This document shows positions 1 through 10,442 of a DNA stretch of 64,000 nt, one piece after another (position 1 is the first letter of the stretch; the number at the start of each line of letters is the position of its first letter). The notes under the pieces are model-generated. The model did not search any database. It was not told the origin of the DNA and saw only the letters and a program-made list of their open reading frames with translations. Both the position numbers and the translations under genes were made by a program. Origin of the DNA: Polyangiales bacterium (GTDB lineage Bacteria > Myxococcota_A > Polyangia > Polyangiales > Ga0077539); assembly GCA_044229975.1 (NCBI GenBank), contig JBGARZ010000008.1:320001-384000 (forward strand). The letters run 5' to 3'.

Positions 1-1
1 C

Positions 2-181
2 CCGCTGCGCGACGAGGGCGAGGCCTACGCCGAGAAGCTGCGCGCGGCCGGCGTGGCGGTGACCGCGACGCGGTACCCCAGCTTGATCCACGGGTACATC
101 AGCACGACCGGCGCCATCGTCGGCGCGCAGGTGGCGTGGCGCGAGCTGGTGGCTGCGCTGCGGAAGGCGACCGGGGCCTGA
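2..181 (+). CDS. Alpha/beta hydrolase (HSL-like esterase/lipase), C-terminal part; 5' end lies outside the window
   Basis: Manual translation [32 protein letters not shown]...; the DPLRDEG and HGF/Y motifs are typical of Abhydrolase_3. Confidence 0.8.
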   Translation, partial: PLRDEGEAYAEKLRAAGVAVTATRYPSLIHGYISTTGAIVGAQVAWRELVAALRKATGA

Positions 182-189
182 GACACCCG

Positions 190-1509
190 CTACGGCGCGC
201 CCCGCCAGGTGACGCGTTGGAGCACCACGCGGGCGTAGTCCGCAGAGGAGAGCACCAGCCACCAGGGCCGTGACGGGTGGGCCACCACGCGCGGGAGGAA
301 GTCGCCGTTGCGCGAGCCCGACGCGGTCACCGCGAAGGGCGTCGAGGAGCGCAGCGCGTCGTCGAGCTCGGCACCCATGTCGCTCGCGCTCTCGCCGTGG
401 AAGGCGGCGAAGGAGGTCCCGGTCGTGGGGTTCCACGCGAGGTCGTAGCCGTCGTAGGAGCCGTGCGGCGCGAACACCGTCGCCGCGGCCCCCAGCGGCT
501 CACCGTCGCCGCCGAAGCGCTGCGCCGCGAAGCCGCGAGCCCCGTCGCGCACCTGGTACCAGCTCGCGATCACCGCCCCGCTCGCGGCGTCGTAGGCCAC
601 GTCCGTCACCTTGGCGAAGGCGATGGCACCCGTGAGGTCGCGCAGCGCGCCCACCGCGGCGCCCGTCGCGTCGAGGCGCTGGAGGGCCACGCGCGCGAGC
701 GCCCCGGTCGTCTGCATGAAGACCACGAAGTACGCCCGCGCGGCGGCGCTCCACACGACGCTCGGCTGCTCGGTCCACACGCTCGGGTCGGTGAAGGTCA
801 GCACGTCGCCGCGCGGCACTCCGTCGGCGCCGATGCGGCGCGCGTGCACCCCGTCGAAGGACCACACCGCGAGAAACTCCGACGCCTCCTCCGACCACGC
901 CAGCGAGACGCAGCTCTCCTGCATCGATCCCGCCGGACCGATGATCGTCGGCTCACCACCGAACACCGGACCCGCGGGCGAGTAGTTCACCCGACGCACC
1001 AACGGCACCACCGACCTCCCCGCCTCCCGGTGCCACGACGCGAGGAAGCCGCTGCCGCCCCACGCGACGCGCGGGTTCTGCGTCCACTGGGTGTTGTCGG
1101 TGAGCGCGAAGCCGTCGCCGATCTGCCGCCCCTCGTCGTCGAGGAAGGCCCCGCCGATGGGCGCGTTGCCGTACACCACGAGGAAGACGTGGTGCACCGG
1201 GTCGTAGGCCGTGTCGACGCCGCGGTAGTTCGTCGTCGGGTTGGTGCGGAGGGTGACCGTGTCGCCGTCGCGCGCGGTCGTCCCGAGGCGACCGAAGCCC
1301 GCGGGGCGAACGTCGACCGGGACAGCGGGCATGTCCGCGGGTGATCCGCGATCGGGAACGGCCGCGCGATCGTCCACCGGTTGGTCGCTGGAGGGCGCCG
1401 TCACGTCGACGACGGACGCATCGCGCGACGGCGCGACGTATGGATCCGCGGTGGCGCATCCCGCGGCCCACGCGACGACACTCGCCCAGCGCACGAGTTC
1501 TCCAGCCAC
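190..1509 (-). CDS. Hypothetical lipoprotein, probably beta-repeat/propeller
   Basis: Lipobox-like WAAGC, Asp/Pro linker, recurring 'VAWxxxxxxFLVVW' units. Confidence 0.6.
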   Translation of the reverse strand: MAGELVRWASVVAWAAGCATADPYVAPSRDASVVDVTAPSSDQPVDDRAAVPDRGSPADMPAVPVDVRPAGFGRLGTTARDGDTVTLRTNPTTNYRGVDTAYDPVHHVFLVVYGNAPIGGAFLDDEGRQIGDGFALTDNTQWTQNPRVAWGGSGFLASWHREAGRSVVPLVRRVNYSPAGPVFGGEPTIIGPAGSMQESCVSLAWSEEASEFLAVWSFDGVHARRIGADGVPRGDVLTFTDPSVWTEQPSVVWSAAARAYFVVFMQTTGALARVALQRLDATGAAVGALRDLTGAIAFAKVTDVAYDAASGAVIASWYQVRDGARGFAAQRFGGDGEPLGAAATVFAPHGSYDGYDLAWNPTTGTSFAAFHGESASDMGAELDDALRSSTPFAVTASGSRNGDFLPRVVAHPSRPWWLVLSSADYARVVLQRVTWRGAP

Positions 1510-1521
1510 GCGGCGACGGTA

Positions 1522-4044
1522 TCACCGGACGCGTGCGCGCAGCGATCGACGTCGACGCACCGAAGCCACCGCGCACGCCGCCAGCACGAGCCAACACCCC
1601 GACCGCGGGCTGCCAACACGGCCCGCTCGGCACGCGCAGCTCGACCGGAGCGTCCTCCCCTCCGGCCCCTCGTCGTCCGCGTCGAGCACCCCGTCTCCGA
1701 CGTCGACCTCTACGCCCGCGTCCGCGCCGGGTTCGCTCCCGACGTCACTTCCGACCACCAACACGTCGCGCGTCTCTGGCCGATCGACGACCACCACGTC
1801 GATGCGCGTCCCTGCATCCACCGTGGGCGTCTGCATCCGTCGCGGCCGGTGATACCCCGGCGCCTCGTCCGCGCGCGGCGCGAGCGGCGTCTCGGCCCCG
1901 TTGCGCATGTGCACGGGCGTCTGCGCCGTCCACGCCGCCGACGCGAACCCGCTGCCCGTGTCGAGCTCGACGGCCGCCCAGCTCGCCCAACCGCCGCCGC
2001 CGTTGGGCGTCGCCGTGACGAGGTCGCTGCGACCGTCCGCGTCGACGTCGCCCACCAGCACCCGGTAGTCCGCAGCACCACCACGGCGCATGTGCCCCGG
2101 CGTCGCGGCCGCCCACACCGTCGACGCGAAGCCGCTGCCCGTCGAGAGGTCCACCGCCACCCAGTCGGCCCAACCGCCGCCGCCCGTCGGGCTCACCGTG
2201 ACAATGTCGCTGAGGCGGTCGCCGTTGAAGTCGCCCACGAGCACCCGGTAGTCGGCGCGGCCGTCGCCATTGCGGATGTGCATCGGCGTCGGCGTTCGCC
2301 ACACCGTCGAGGCGAAGCCCGAACCCGTCGACAGCTCCATCGCCACCCACTCCGACCAACCGCCGCTGCCCGTCGGGCTCATCGTCGCCAGATCACTGCG
2401 ACCGTCGCCGTTGAAGTCTCCCAACAGCACCCGGTAGTCGGCGTTGCCGTCGCCGTTTCGCATGTGCGTCGGCGTCGTGGCCCGCCAGACCGTCGACGCG
2501 AAGCCCGAGCCCGTCGACAGGTCCACCGCCACCCACTCCGACCAACCGCCACCGCCGTTGCGGCTGATCGTCGCGAGGTCGCTGCGGCCGTCGTCGTTGA
2601 AGTCACCGACGAGCACGCGATAGTCCGCCGAACCGCCGTTGCGGATGTGCATCGGGGTCGGGGTGTTCCAGACCGTCGAGGCGAAGCCGGTGCCCGTCGA
2701 GAGGTCCATCGCGACCCACTCCGACCACGCGCCGCTGCCGGTCGGGCTCATCGTCGCGAGGTCGCTGCGACCGTCGCCGTTGAAGTCGCCGACGAGCACC
2801 CGGTAGTCGGCGTTGCCGTCGCCTCGGCGCATGTGCCCGGGCGTCGCGCTCGCCCACGTCGCAGAGCTGAACCCGCTCCCCGTCGACAGCTCCACCGCCG
2901 CCCAGTCGGCCCATCCGCCGCCGCCGTTGGGGCTCATCGTCAGCAGGTCGGCCCGCGCGTCACCGTTGAAGTCGCCGAGCACCACGCGGTAGCGCGACGT
3001 CGAACCCCCGTTGCGCATGTGCGTGGGCGTCATCGCGGCCCACGTCGCCGACGCGAAGGCCGTCCCCGTCGAGCGCTCCATCGCCACCCAGCTCGCCCAC
3101 CCGCCGCCGCCGGTGGCGCTGATGGTCGCGAGGTCACTGCGCCCGTCGGCGTCGAAGTCCGCGAGGAAGGTGCGGTAGTCCGTCATCGCGACGCACCGCC
3201 GCGGATCACCCGGCGCGTTGGTCTGCCCCTCCGGGCAATCGACGCGCGGGCACTGCGGCGCATCACCTGATCCGCTGGCGCGAACCCCGAGGTGGTTGGC
3301 CACCGGCCGCCCCGAGTCGACGACCTGACCGAGGCCCCGAACGTACATCTGCGACGACCCGCCGCCGTCCTCGTTGGTGGCGACGTCGACCTGCGGAAGG
3401 CCCGCCCGCGCGGCGTAGCTGAGCACGGCGTTGGCGAGCGCGGTTCCCGTCATCGAGGTGCGCGTCGCGAAGAGGTAGAGGTAGCGCCCGTCCGCCGAGA
3501 GACCGATGGCGGTGCGGGCGTGCGCGCCCTGGAGCACCCCGTCGCCGTCGAAGTCGGGCCCGAGCGAGCGACCACCGCGGATGATGACGTTGTGCGCGCC
3601 GACGATCTCGGTGACGGCAGGAGGTCCGGGCGGAACGACCGTCGACGGGTCGACGAGGCCCGCGAGGTGCGCGCCAAACTGCCAGTAGCTGCGAACCTCC
3701 GGGTTGACGTTTTGCGTGCCGGGCGGCCAGTCCTCGCCCGCGCCGCGCGATCGCCCGCTGACCGAGGCCGCGCTCGGGAAGTCGTAGAAGTCGCCGTTGA
3801 TCGCGGCCACCGCGCCGACGTCGCCGCGGGCGCCCCACACGCCGGGCGTCGCGCGCCGCTCGCCGTAGCGGGTCGCGCGCACCGACACGCCGGGGGAGCA
3901 GAGGTCGGCGACGATCATGGCTCCGCCGGCGTCGCGCACCATGGTCACGCCGGGGAAGGGGTGCGTCTGCGCGGCGATGGGCGCGGCGAAGAGGACGACC
4001 GTCAGGAAGGCGAGGGCGCGCATGGAGGAGTGGGCGCGGATCAT
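1522..4044 (-). CDS. Secreted phosphodiester glycosidase (NAGPA-like) domain + 7 FG-GAP/VCBS-like repeats + MYXO-CTERM-like tail
   Basis: Signal peptide; AAINGDFY, ARTAIG and NEDGGGSS motifs; seven GDFNGDGRSD repeats; C-terminal SCACRA-TM-RRRR. Confidence 0.75.
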   Translation of the reverse strand: MIRAHSSMRALAFLTVVLFAAPIAAQTHPFPGVTMVRDAGGAMIVADLCSPGVSVRATRYGERRATPGVWGARGDVGAVAAINGDFYDFPSAASVSGRSRGAGEDWPPGTQNVNPEVRSYWQFGAHLAGLVDPSTVVPPGPPAVTEIVGAHNVIIRGGRSLGPDFDGDGVLQGAHARTAIGLSADGRYLYLFATRTSMTGTALANAVLSYAARAGLPQVDVATNEDGGGSSQMYVRGLGQVVDSGRPVANHLGVRASGSGDAPQCPRVDCPEGQTNAPGDPRRCVAMTDYRTFLADFDADGRSDLATISATGGGGWASWVAMERSTGTAFASATWAAMTPTHMRNGGSTSRYRVVLGDFNGDARADLLTMSPNGGGGWADWAAVELSTGSGFSSATWASATPGHMRRGDGNADYRVLVGDFNGDGRSDLATMSPTGSGAWSEWVAMDLSTGTGFASTVWNTPTPMHIRNGGSADYRVLVGDFNDDGRSDLATISRNGGGGWSEWVAVDLSTGSGFASTVWRATTPTHMRNGDGNADYRVLLGDFNGDGRSDLATMSPTGSGGWSEWVAMELSTGSGFASTVWRTPTPMHIRNGDGRADYRVLVGDFNGDRLSDIVTVSPTGGGGWADWVAVDLSTGSGFASTVWAAATPGHMRRGGAADYRVLVGDVDADGRSDLVTATPNGGGGWASWAAVELDTGSGFASAAWTAQTPVHMRNGAETPLAPRADEAPGYHRPRRMQTPTVDAGTRIDVVVVDRPETRDVLVVGSDVGSEPGADAGVEVDVGDGVLDADDEGPEGRTLRSSCACRAGRVGSPRSGCWLVLAACAVASVRRRRSLRARVR

Positions 4045-4077
4045 AGCGGGTCGCGGGCGAGGTCACGCCATGCGACG

Positions 4078-5349
4078 ATGGCTCCGATGGAGACGCTGTC
4101 GCTCGAACCCGGCCAGATCATCGACCGCGAGTACAAGGTCGAGCGGCTCCTCTCCCAAGGGGGCATGGGCGCCGTGTACGTCGTCGAGCACGTCACCACC
4201 GGCAAGCGACGCGCGCTCAAGGTGATGCTCTCGCATCTCGTTCGCGACCAGGGGAGCCGCGACCGCTTCGAGCGCGAGGCACGCATCGGCGCGCGCATCG
4301 AGAGCGACAACGTCGTCGAGGTGGTCGACGCGGGCGTCGACGAGGCCACCGGGCTGCCCTTCCTGGTGATGGAGCTGCTCGACGGCGTCGACCTCGATCA
4401 CGTCATCGAGAACCAGAAGGTCATCCCCCCGAAAGGGGTCGCGGACATTGTCGAGCAGCTCTGCGACGCGCTCGGCCGGGGTCACGCCATCGGGGTCGTC
4501 CACTCCGACCTGAAGCCCGAAAACGTCTTCCTCGAAAAGCCCAAGCGCCGCGGCGTCGCCTTCACCATCAAGGTCATGGACTTCGGCATCGCCAAGCTCC
4601 TCTCCGACGAGGTGCGCGAGGCGCGGGTCACCACCCCGATGGGATCGCCCCTCTGGATGGCGCCCGAGCAGACGCAGCGCGGCGCGGCGATCGTCCCGGC
4701 GACGGACGTGTGGGCGCTCGGTCTGCTGGTGTACCGGATGCTCACCGGCGTCTCGTACTGGCGCGGCGCCAACGCGCCCGACGGCAAGGTCAGCGTCGGA
4801 ACCCTGGTGCTCGAAGTGGTGGTGCAGCCGCTCAACCCGGCGTCGTTGCGGGCGCAGGAGATGGGCGTCGCTGCGCTGCTCCCCGCAGGCTTCGACGAGT
4901 GGTTTGCGCGGTGCGTGGTGCGCGAGCAGGACCAGCGCTTCGCCAACGCCGCGCTCGCGTGGGACGCGCTGGAACCAATTCTCGCGGGGGCGTCGAGGGC
5001 GTCGATGGTGCCTCCCGTTCCGGCGTACGTCCCGCCGGCGATGCACGTCGCGACGCAGGCCGCCCCGCCGCTCCACATGGCGACGCAGGCCGCTCCGCCG
5101 CCGGGCGCATGGAACGCGCCGGTCGTCCCCACCGGGCCGCAGGCGTGGTCGCAGCCCATCGCCCCGCAGGTGCCGTCGGAGGTGCGGTGGCCCATGGTGC
5201 AGCAGCGGGTCTACGCGACGGTGCAGGGCGGCCCCTACCAGATGGCGACCGTGCTCGAAGTGAACAAGCAGACCGCGATGATCCGCATCCGGCTCGACGC
5301 GGGCGGCGACGGGTGGGTGCCCGCGGCGCACCTGCGCTCGACGTACTGA
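4078..5349 (+). CDS. Ser/Thr protein kinase (non-RD) with small C-terminal beta domain
   Basis: GGMGAVY, ALK, HSDLKPEN, DFG, APE and DVWALG motifs. Confidence 0.9.
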   Translation: MAPMETLSLEPGQIIDREYKVERLLSQGGMGAVYVVEHVTTGKRRALKVMLSHLVRDQGSRDRFEREARIGARIESDNVVEVVDAGVDEATGLPFLVMELLDGVDLDHVIENQKVIPPKGVADIVEQLCDALGRGHAIGVVHSDLKPENVFLEKPKRRGVAFTIKVMDFGIAKLLSDEVREARVTTPMGSPLWMAPEQTQRGAAIVPATDVWALGLLVYRMLTGVSYWRGANAPDGKVSVGTLVLEVVVQPLNPASLRAQEMGVAALLPAGFDEWFARCVVREQDQRFANAALAWDALEPILAGASRASMVPPVPAYVPPAMHVATQAAPPLHMATQAAPPPGAWNAPVVPTGPQAWSQPIAPQVPSEVRWPMVQQRVYATVQGGPYQMATVLEVNKQTAMIRIRLDAGGDGWVPAAHLRSTY

Positions 5350-5464
5350 GACACCCTCCCCTCGACGTTCTGATCACCACCACCACGACCATTCGCCCCG
5401 GGACATCGGCGTCACACCTTCGCGCCGACCTGGGGTACCAATGTCGCTGGAGGTCTCAAGAGCA

Positions 5465-8400
5465 ATGGGTCGAACACGAGCCTGGTCCGTCTTGCTGGCG
5501 GCGGTGCTGCTGGCCGCGTGTAGCGGTAACTCCTCGGTGGTCGGTGGCTTCGACGACGTCTATGTCACGGCCGACGCCTCGACCGACACGAGCCCCGACA
5601 TCGGCGCCCCCGACGTCGCCTTCGACGCCACGATGGACGTCGCCTTCGACGCCGCGATGGACGCGCCGGACGTCCCCCGCGGAGGCTGTCGCGACAACAC
5701 CGACTGCGCCGGCGACGAGCTCGGCAACCGCATCTGCGACGTCGCCGCGGGCCGCTGCGTCGCCTGCACGCCGACCAACCGCGGGTCGTGCGGCAACGGG
5801 CAGTACTGCACCGCCGGCAACCGCTGCGAGGCGGGCTGTAGCGTCGACGGCGACTGCGCCGCGAGCGGCGACGCGGGCGCGCCCGGCGACGGCTCGACGC
5901 CGATGGGTCTGCGCTGCGACGTCGCCCGCCACGCGTGCGTGTCCTGCGTGACCGACGAGCACTGCGCCGTGGGCCAGGTCTGCCAGGCGGGCGCCTGCGT
6001 CGCGGGCTGCAACGAGCGCCGCGGCTGCCCCACCGGCCAGGCGTGCTGCGGCGCGGCCTGCGTCAACGTGCAGGACGACCCGCTCCGCTGCGGCACCTGC
6101 GGAACCGTCTGCCCGGGAGGCAACAACGCCGCCCCGGCCTGCTCGATGGGCGCGTGCACCCGCCGCTGCCTGCCGGGCTTCGCCGACTGCGACGGCGACA
6201 CCACCAACGGCTGCGAGGTCTCGCTGGAGGGTTCGGCCAACTGCGGTGGCTGCGGGCGCGCGTGCACCGGCGCGACGCCGCTCTGCTCGACCACTGCGGG
6301 CGCCTCGCGCTGTGTCTCCGGCTGCGAGGCCGCCCAGACGCGCTGCGGGTCGGTCTGCGCCGACCTCCAGAACGACGCCACCGACTGCGGCCGCTGCGGC
6401 AACGCCTGCCCCGGCGGTGCCAACGCGACGGGTTCGTGCGCGGCGGGCGCGTGCCGCCTCGCTTGCAACACCGGCTTCGCCGACTGCGACGGTGACCCCT
6501 CCAACGGCTGCGAGGCCAACCTCAACACCGGGGCGTCGAGCTGCGGCGCATGCGGAACGGTCTGCCCCTCCGGCGGCAACAGCACGGCCTCGTGCCTCGC
6601 GGGCCGCTGCCGCCTCGCGTGTACCACGGGCTACGCCGACTGCGACGCCAACCCGGTCAACGGGTGCGAGGTCAACGTGCTCACCTCGTCGGGGAGCTGC
6701 GGCACCTGCGGGCGCACCTGCCCGGGCGGCGCCAACGGCTCGGCCACGTGCAGCAACGGCACCTGCCAGCTCGCCTGCAACCCGGGCTTCGGCGATTGCG
6801 ACGGCGACGCCTCCAACGGCTGCGAGCAGGCGCTCGACAACGCCATGCACTGCGGCCGCTGCGCCAACTCCTGCTCCGCCTCGACGCCCGTGTGCGCCGC
6901 CGCGATGGGCGCGAGCGCCACCTGCACCAGCGGCTGCACCGGAGGGCAACAACGCTGCGGTAGCACCTGCGTCGACCCGCAGACCGACCCCGACCACTGC
7001 GGCGACTGCACGACCGTCTGCCGCACGACGCCCAACACCCGCGCGACCTGCGCGCTCGGTCGCTGCGGCACCACCTGCACCCCGGGCTTCGCCGACTGCG
7101 ACGGCGACGCCTCCAACGGCTGCGAGGTCAACACGCAGGTGAGCACGACCCACTGCGGCGCGTGCAACAACACCTGCCGCGCCGGGCAGAACGCCACCGT
7201 CGCCTGCGTGTCGAGCCAGTGCCGCGCCACCTGCAACGTCGGCTACGGCGACTGCGACACGATCGAGCTCAACGGCTGCGAGGCCAACCTGCTCACGGCC
7301 ACCGCGCACTGCGGCGGCTGCGGGCGCGTGTGTCCAGCGGCGCCCAACGCGGTGCCGACGTGCGGCGATGGTCTGTGCGCGTTTCGTTGCGTGACGGGCT
7401 TCGCGGACTGCGACGGTAGCGCCGCCAACGGCTGCGAGGTCTCCCTCGACAGCGCCACCAACTGCGGCGCGTGCGGGCGGGTCTGCGGCGCCGCGACGCC
7501 CCTCTGCTCGACCGCGGGCGCGAGCCCGACGTGCATCTCCGGCTGCGCCACGTCACAGGTCCGCTGCGGCAGCAGCTGCGTCGACCTGCAGAGCGATCCG
7601 ACCAACTGCGGCGCCTGCGGGGCCGCCTGCGCCACCGGGCCCAACGCGACGCGCACCTGCACCACCGGGCGCTGCGGCGTCACCTGCGCGACGGGCTTCG
7701 GCGACTGCGACAACGCGCCCTCCAACGGCTGCGAGGTGGCCTTCGCCGCCGACGACGCCAACTGCGGCGCCTGCGGCCGCGCGTGCCCGTCGACGCAGAC
7801 CTGCGCCGCGGGCGTCTGCCGCGATCGCTGCACCGCGGGGCTCACCTTCTGCGCGAGCTCCTGCGTCAACACGCAGAACGACAACAACCACTGCGGCGCC
7901 TGCGGCACCGCCTGCGGGACGGGGCGCTACTGCCTCGCGGGCGTGTGCCGCTCGGGCAACGTCTCGACGGTGACGTCGGGCAACGACCACGTGTGCGCGA
8001 TTCGCGGATCGGGCACCGTCTGGTGCTGGGGCTACAACGGCTGGGGTCAGCTCGGTAACGGCAACACCACCAGCAGCCTGGTGCTCCAGCAGGTGTCGGG
8101 CATCACCAACGCGGTGGAGGTCGGGGCCTCCGGGGGGAGCTCGTTTGCGCGCCTCGCCGACGGCACGGTCGTGGGCTGGGGCCTGCACTACGGCGCCGGC
8201 GAGCTGGGCGACGGGAGCATGGTCACGCAGCGCCTCGCGCCGGTGCGGGTCGTCGGGCTGACGGACATCGTCGACATCGCGTCGGGCGGCTGGGCGCATA
8301 GCTGCGCGGTCGACGCCACCGGCCGCGTCTGGTGCTGGGGCTGGAACAACTACGCCCAGCTCGGCGACGGCAGCACCGCGAGCCGCGTGGCGCCGGGCCT

Positions 8401-9058
8401 GGTCGCGGGCCTCACGACGGCGGTCGAGGCGTGCGCGGGCTACGTCCATAGCTGCGCGCGCCTGCAGGACGGCACCGTTCGCTGCTGGGGTTACAACGGC
8501 AACGGGCAGCTCGGCACGGGCAACACCACCAACGCCGCCACCCCGGCCGCGGTGGTGGGCATCTCCACGGCGGTGGAGATCGCGTGCGGCACGAGCCACA
8601 CCTGCGCGCGCCTCGCCAACGGCACGGTGCAGTGCTGGGGCTACAACGGCTACGGCCAGCTCGGCGACGGCACCACCGCGACGCGCGTGGCGCCGGGCCT
8701 GGTGGCGGGCCTCACCGACGCGGTCGAGATCGCGACGGGCGACGACGTATGGCGCGGCAACCAGTCGGGCTCGTCGGCCGACCGGAGCTGCGCGCGCCGC
8801 GCGGGCGGGACGATCGTGTGCTGGGGCTACAACGGCTACGGCGGCATCGGCGACGGCACCACCACCACCCGGTATGTTCCGACGACGGTGCTGGGCATCA
8901 CCGACGCGACGGAGATCGACGCGTCGGGCCGCTACCACACCTGCGCGCGACGGGCAGGCGGCGTGCTCTCCTGCTGGGGCTACGGCGGCAACGGCCAGAT
9001 GGGCGACGGAACGGCCAACAGCCGCAGCGCCCCCGGCCTCGTCGTCGGCTTCCCCTGA
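5465..9058 (+). CDS. Cys-rich repeat lipoprotein with C-terminal RCC1-like repeats
   Basis: Lipobox LAAC; repeated GFADCDG..NGCE and HCGxCGxxC; C-terminal 'CWGYNGxGQLGDG' RCC1 repeats. Confidence 0.85.
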   Translation: MGRTRAWSVLLAAVLLAACSGNSSVVGGFDDVYVTADASTDTSPDIGAPDVAFDATMDVAFDAAMDAPDVPRGGCRDNTDCAGDELGNRICDVAAGRCVACTPTNRGSCGNGQYCTAGNRCEAGCSVDGDCAASGDAGAPGDGSTPMGLRCDVARHACVSCVTDEHCAVGQVCQAGACVAGCNERRGCPTGQACCGAACVNVQDDPLRCGTCGTVCPGGNNAAPACSMGACTRRCLPGFADCDGDTTNGCEVSLEGSANCGGCGRACTGATPLCSTTAGASRCVSGCEAAQTRCGSVCADLQNDATDCGRCGNACPGGANATGSCAAGACRLACNTGFADCDGDPSNGCEANLNTGASSCGACGTVCPSGGNSTASCLAGRCRLACTTGYADCDANPVNGCEVNVLTSSGSCGTCGRTCPGGANGSATCSNGTCQLACNPGFGDCDGDASNGCEQALDNAMHCGRCANSCSASTPVCAAAMGASATCTSGCTGGQQRCGSTCVDPQTDPDHCGDCTTVCRTTPNTRATCALGRCGTTCTPGFADCDGDASNGCEVNTQVSTTHCGACNNTCRAGQNATVACVSSQCRATCNVGYGDCDTIELNGCEANLLTATAHCGGCGRVCPAAPNAVPTCGDGLCAFRCVTGFADCDGSAANGCEVSLDSATNCGACGRVCGAATPLCSTAGASPTCISGCATSQVRCGSSCVDLQSDPTNCGACGAACATGPNATRTCTTGRCGVTCATGFGDCDNAPSNGCEVAFAADDANCGACGRACPSTQTCAAGVCRDRCTAGLTFCASSCVNTQNDNNHCGACGTACGTGRYCLAGVCRSGNVSTVTSGNDHVCAIRGSGTVWCWGYNGWGQLGNGNTTSSLVLQQVSGITNAVEVGASGGSSFARLADGTVVGWGLHYGAGELGDGSMVTQRLAPVRVVGLTDIVDIASGGWAHSCAVDATGRVWCWGWNNYAQLGDGSTASRVAPGLVAGLTTAVEACAGYVHSCARLQDGTVRCWGYNGNGQLGTGNTTNAATPAAVVGISTAVEIACGTSHTCARLANGTVQCWGYNGYGQLGDGTTATRVAPGLVAGLTDAVEIATGDDVWRGNQSGSSADRSCARRAGGTIVCWGYNGYGGIGDGTTTTRYVPTTVLGITDATEIDASGRYHTCARRAGGVLSCWGYGGNGQMGDGTANSRSAPGLVVGFP

Positions 9059-9108
9059 CCGCTACTCTCTCCCCTCCCCCACCCACGACATCATCATCGT
9101 CGCCGCTC

Positions 9109-9918
9109 TCACTTCCGGCGGTCGAGCCCGAGCTTGTAGCGGGTCACCCGGTCGATCACGCCCGGCGCGATGAGTCGCACCCACGGCGACAGCTTGCCCG
9201 GCAGCGTCATCAGCAGCTCACGCTTCTCCGCGCGCGTCGCGTCGAGGATGAGCCGCGCGCACTCCTCGGCGGTCATTTGCTCGTCGTCGGGGAGCTCGGC
9301 CGCGGTCGCGCCGCGCCCCTGGGCCTTGCTCACCTCGCGAATGGGCGTCGCCACGGAGCCCGGGCAGGCGATGGTGATACCGATCTCGGTGCCCACCTCG
9401 GCGCGCAGCGAGTCGAAGAACCCGTGCACGGCGTGCTTGCTCGCCGCATACGCGGTGCGGGTCGGGAGGGAGGCGACGCCGATGAGGCTCGACACCACGA
9501 CGATGCGGCCGCGCGATCGACGGAGGTGCGGCAGCGCCTGGGCGGTGAGGGCCACCGCGGCGAAGTAGTTGGTCTCCATGATGGCGCGCGCCGTCGCGAG
9601 CGGGTCGGGCAGCTCTTCGAAGAGGGCGTTCATGGAGATGCCCGCGTTGATGACGAGGAGGTCGAGGCCACCGAGGGCGTCGACGGCGCGGTCGACGAGC
9701 GCGCGGCAGGCGGCCTCGGTGTCGAGGTCGACGGGCAGCACATGGGCGACGGCCGCGGGGTCGGCGCGACGCACGCGATCGGCGACGGCGTCGAGGAGCT
9801 CGCGACGACGGGCGGCGAGGCCGACGTGGGCGGCGACGGCGCCGAGCTGGACGGCGAGCTCGGCGCCGATGCCGCTGGATGCTCCGGTGACGAGGGCGCG
9901 CGTTCGGTCGAGCTTCAT
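9109..9918 (-). CDS. Short-chain dehydrogenase/reductase
   Basis: TGASSGIG, INAG and YAASK motifs. Confidence 0.9.
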   Translation of the reverse strand: MKLDRTRALVTGASSGIGAELAVQLGAVAAHVGLAARRRELLDAVADRVRRADPAAVAHVLPVDLDTEAACRALVDRAVDALGGLDLLVINAGISMNALFEELPDPLATARAIMETNYFAAVALTAQALPHLRRSRGRIVVVSSLIGVASLPTRTAYAASKHAVHGFFDSLRAEVGTEIGITIACPGSVATPIREVSKAQGRGATAAELPDDEQMTAEECARLILDATRAEKRELLMTLPGKLSPWVRLIAPGVIDRVTRYKLGLDRRK

Positions 9919-9991
9919 GGCGCGGAGGGTGCCATCGGATTGGACCGTTGGACTACGGTGACGAGCGACACGCGGCGGTGAGCGCGACGAT

Positions 9992-10417
9992 TCAGGCGCC
10001 TGCCGATCGCATCGCGTCGAGCACCGCTCTCGCGCGCTCCAACTCGCGGTCGTCGGTGACGGCAGGGTCATCCCATTCGGCGACGCTGACCCAGCGATCG
10101 CGCTGCGATGGTTCGATCACTCGCTCCTGATCGTCGACCAGCACGACCTCTGCGGGCGTGGCGCCTCGCACGAAGCACAGGTCCTTCACCCTGCCCTGCC
10201 ACGCGACGATCTCCACATCCGCGAACGCCGCGGGCGCGTCGCCGTACTCGACCAGCGTGGCAAGCACCGATCGCGCGACCTCCGACCGCACCGAGGTGAA
10301 GATCACCACCCGCTCAAACGAGGCGAGCGCCCACACGAGGAAGTCCCGTAGGCCCGGTCGCGGGAACTGGCTGACCGCGCTGGAGATGAGCGTGCCCTCC
10401 AGGTCGAGCGCGAGCAC
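9992..10417 (-). CDS. NIF/FCP1-like HAD phosphatase (start uncertain)
   Basis: LALDLEGTL, RPGLRDFL, KDL and VVLVDD motifs. Confidence 0.75.
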   Translation of the reverse strand: MLALDLEGTLISSAVSQFPRPGLRDFLVWALASFERVVIFTSVRSEVARSVLATLVEYGDAPAAFADVEIVAWQGRVKDLCFVRGATPAEVVLVDDQERVIEPSQRDRWVSVAEWDDPAVTDDRELERARAVLDAMRSAGA

Positions 10418-10442
10418 CCGAGGCGGGGCGTTGACGATGCGG

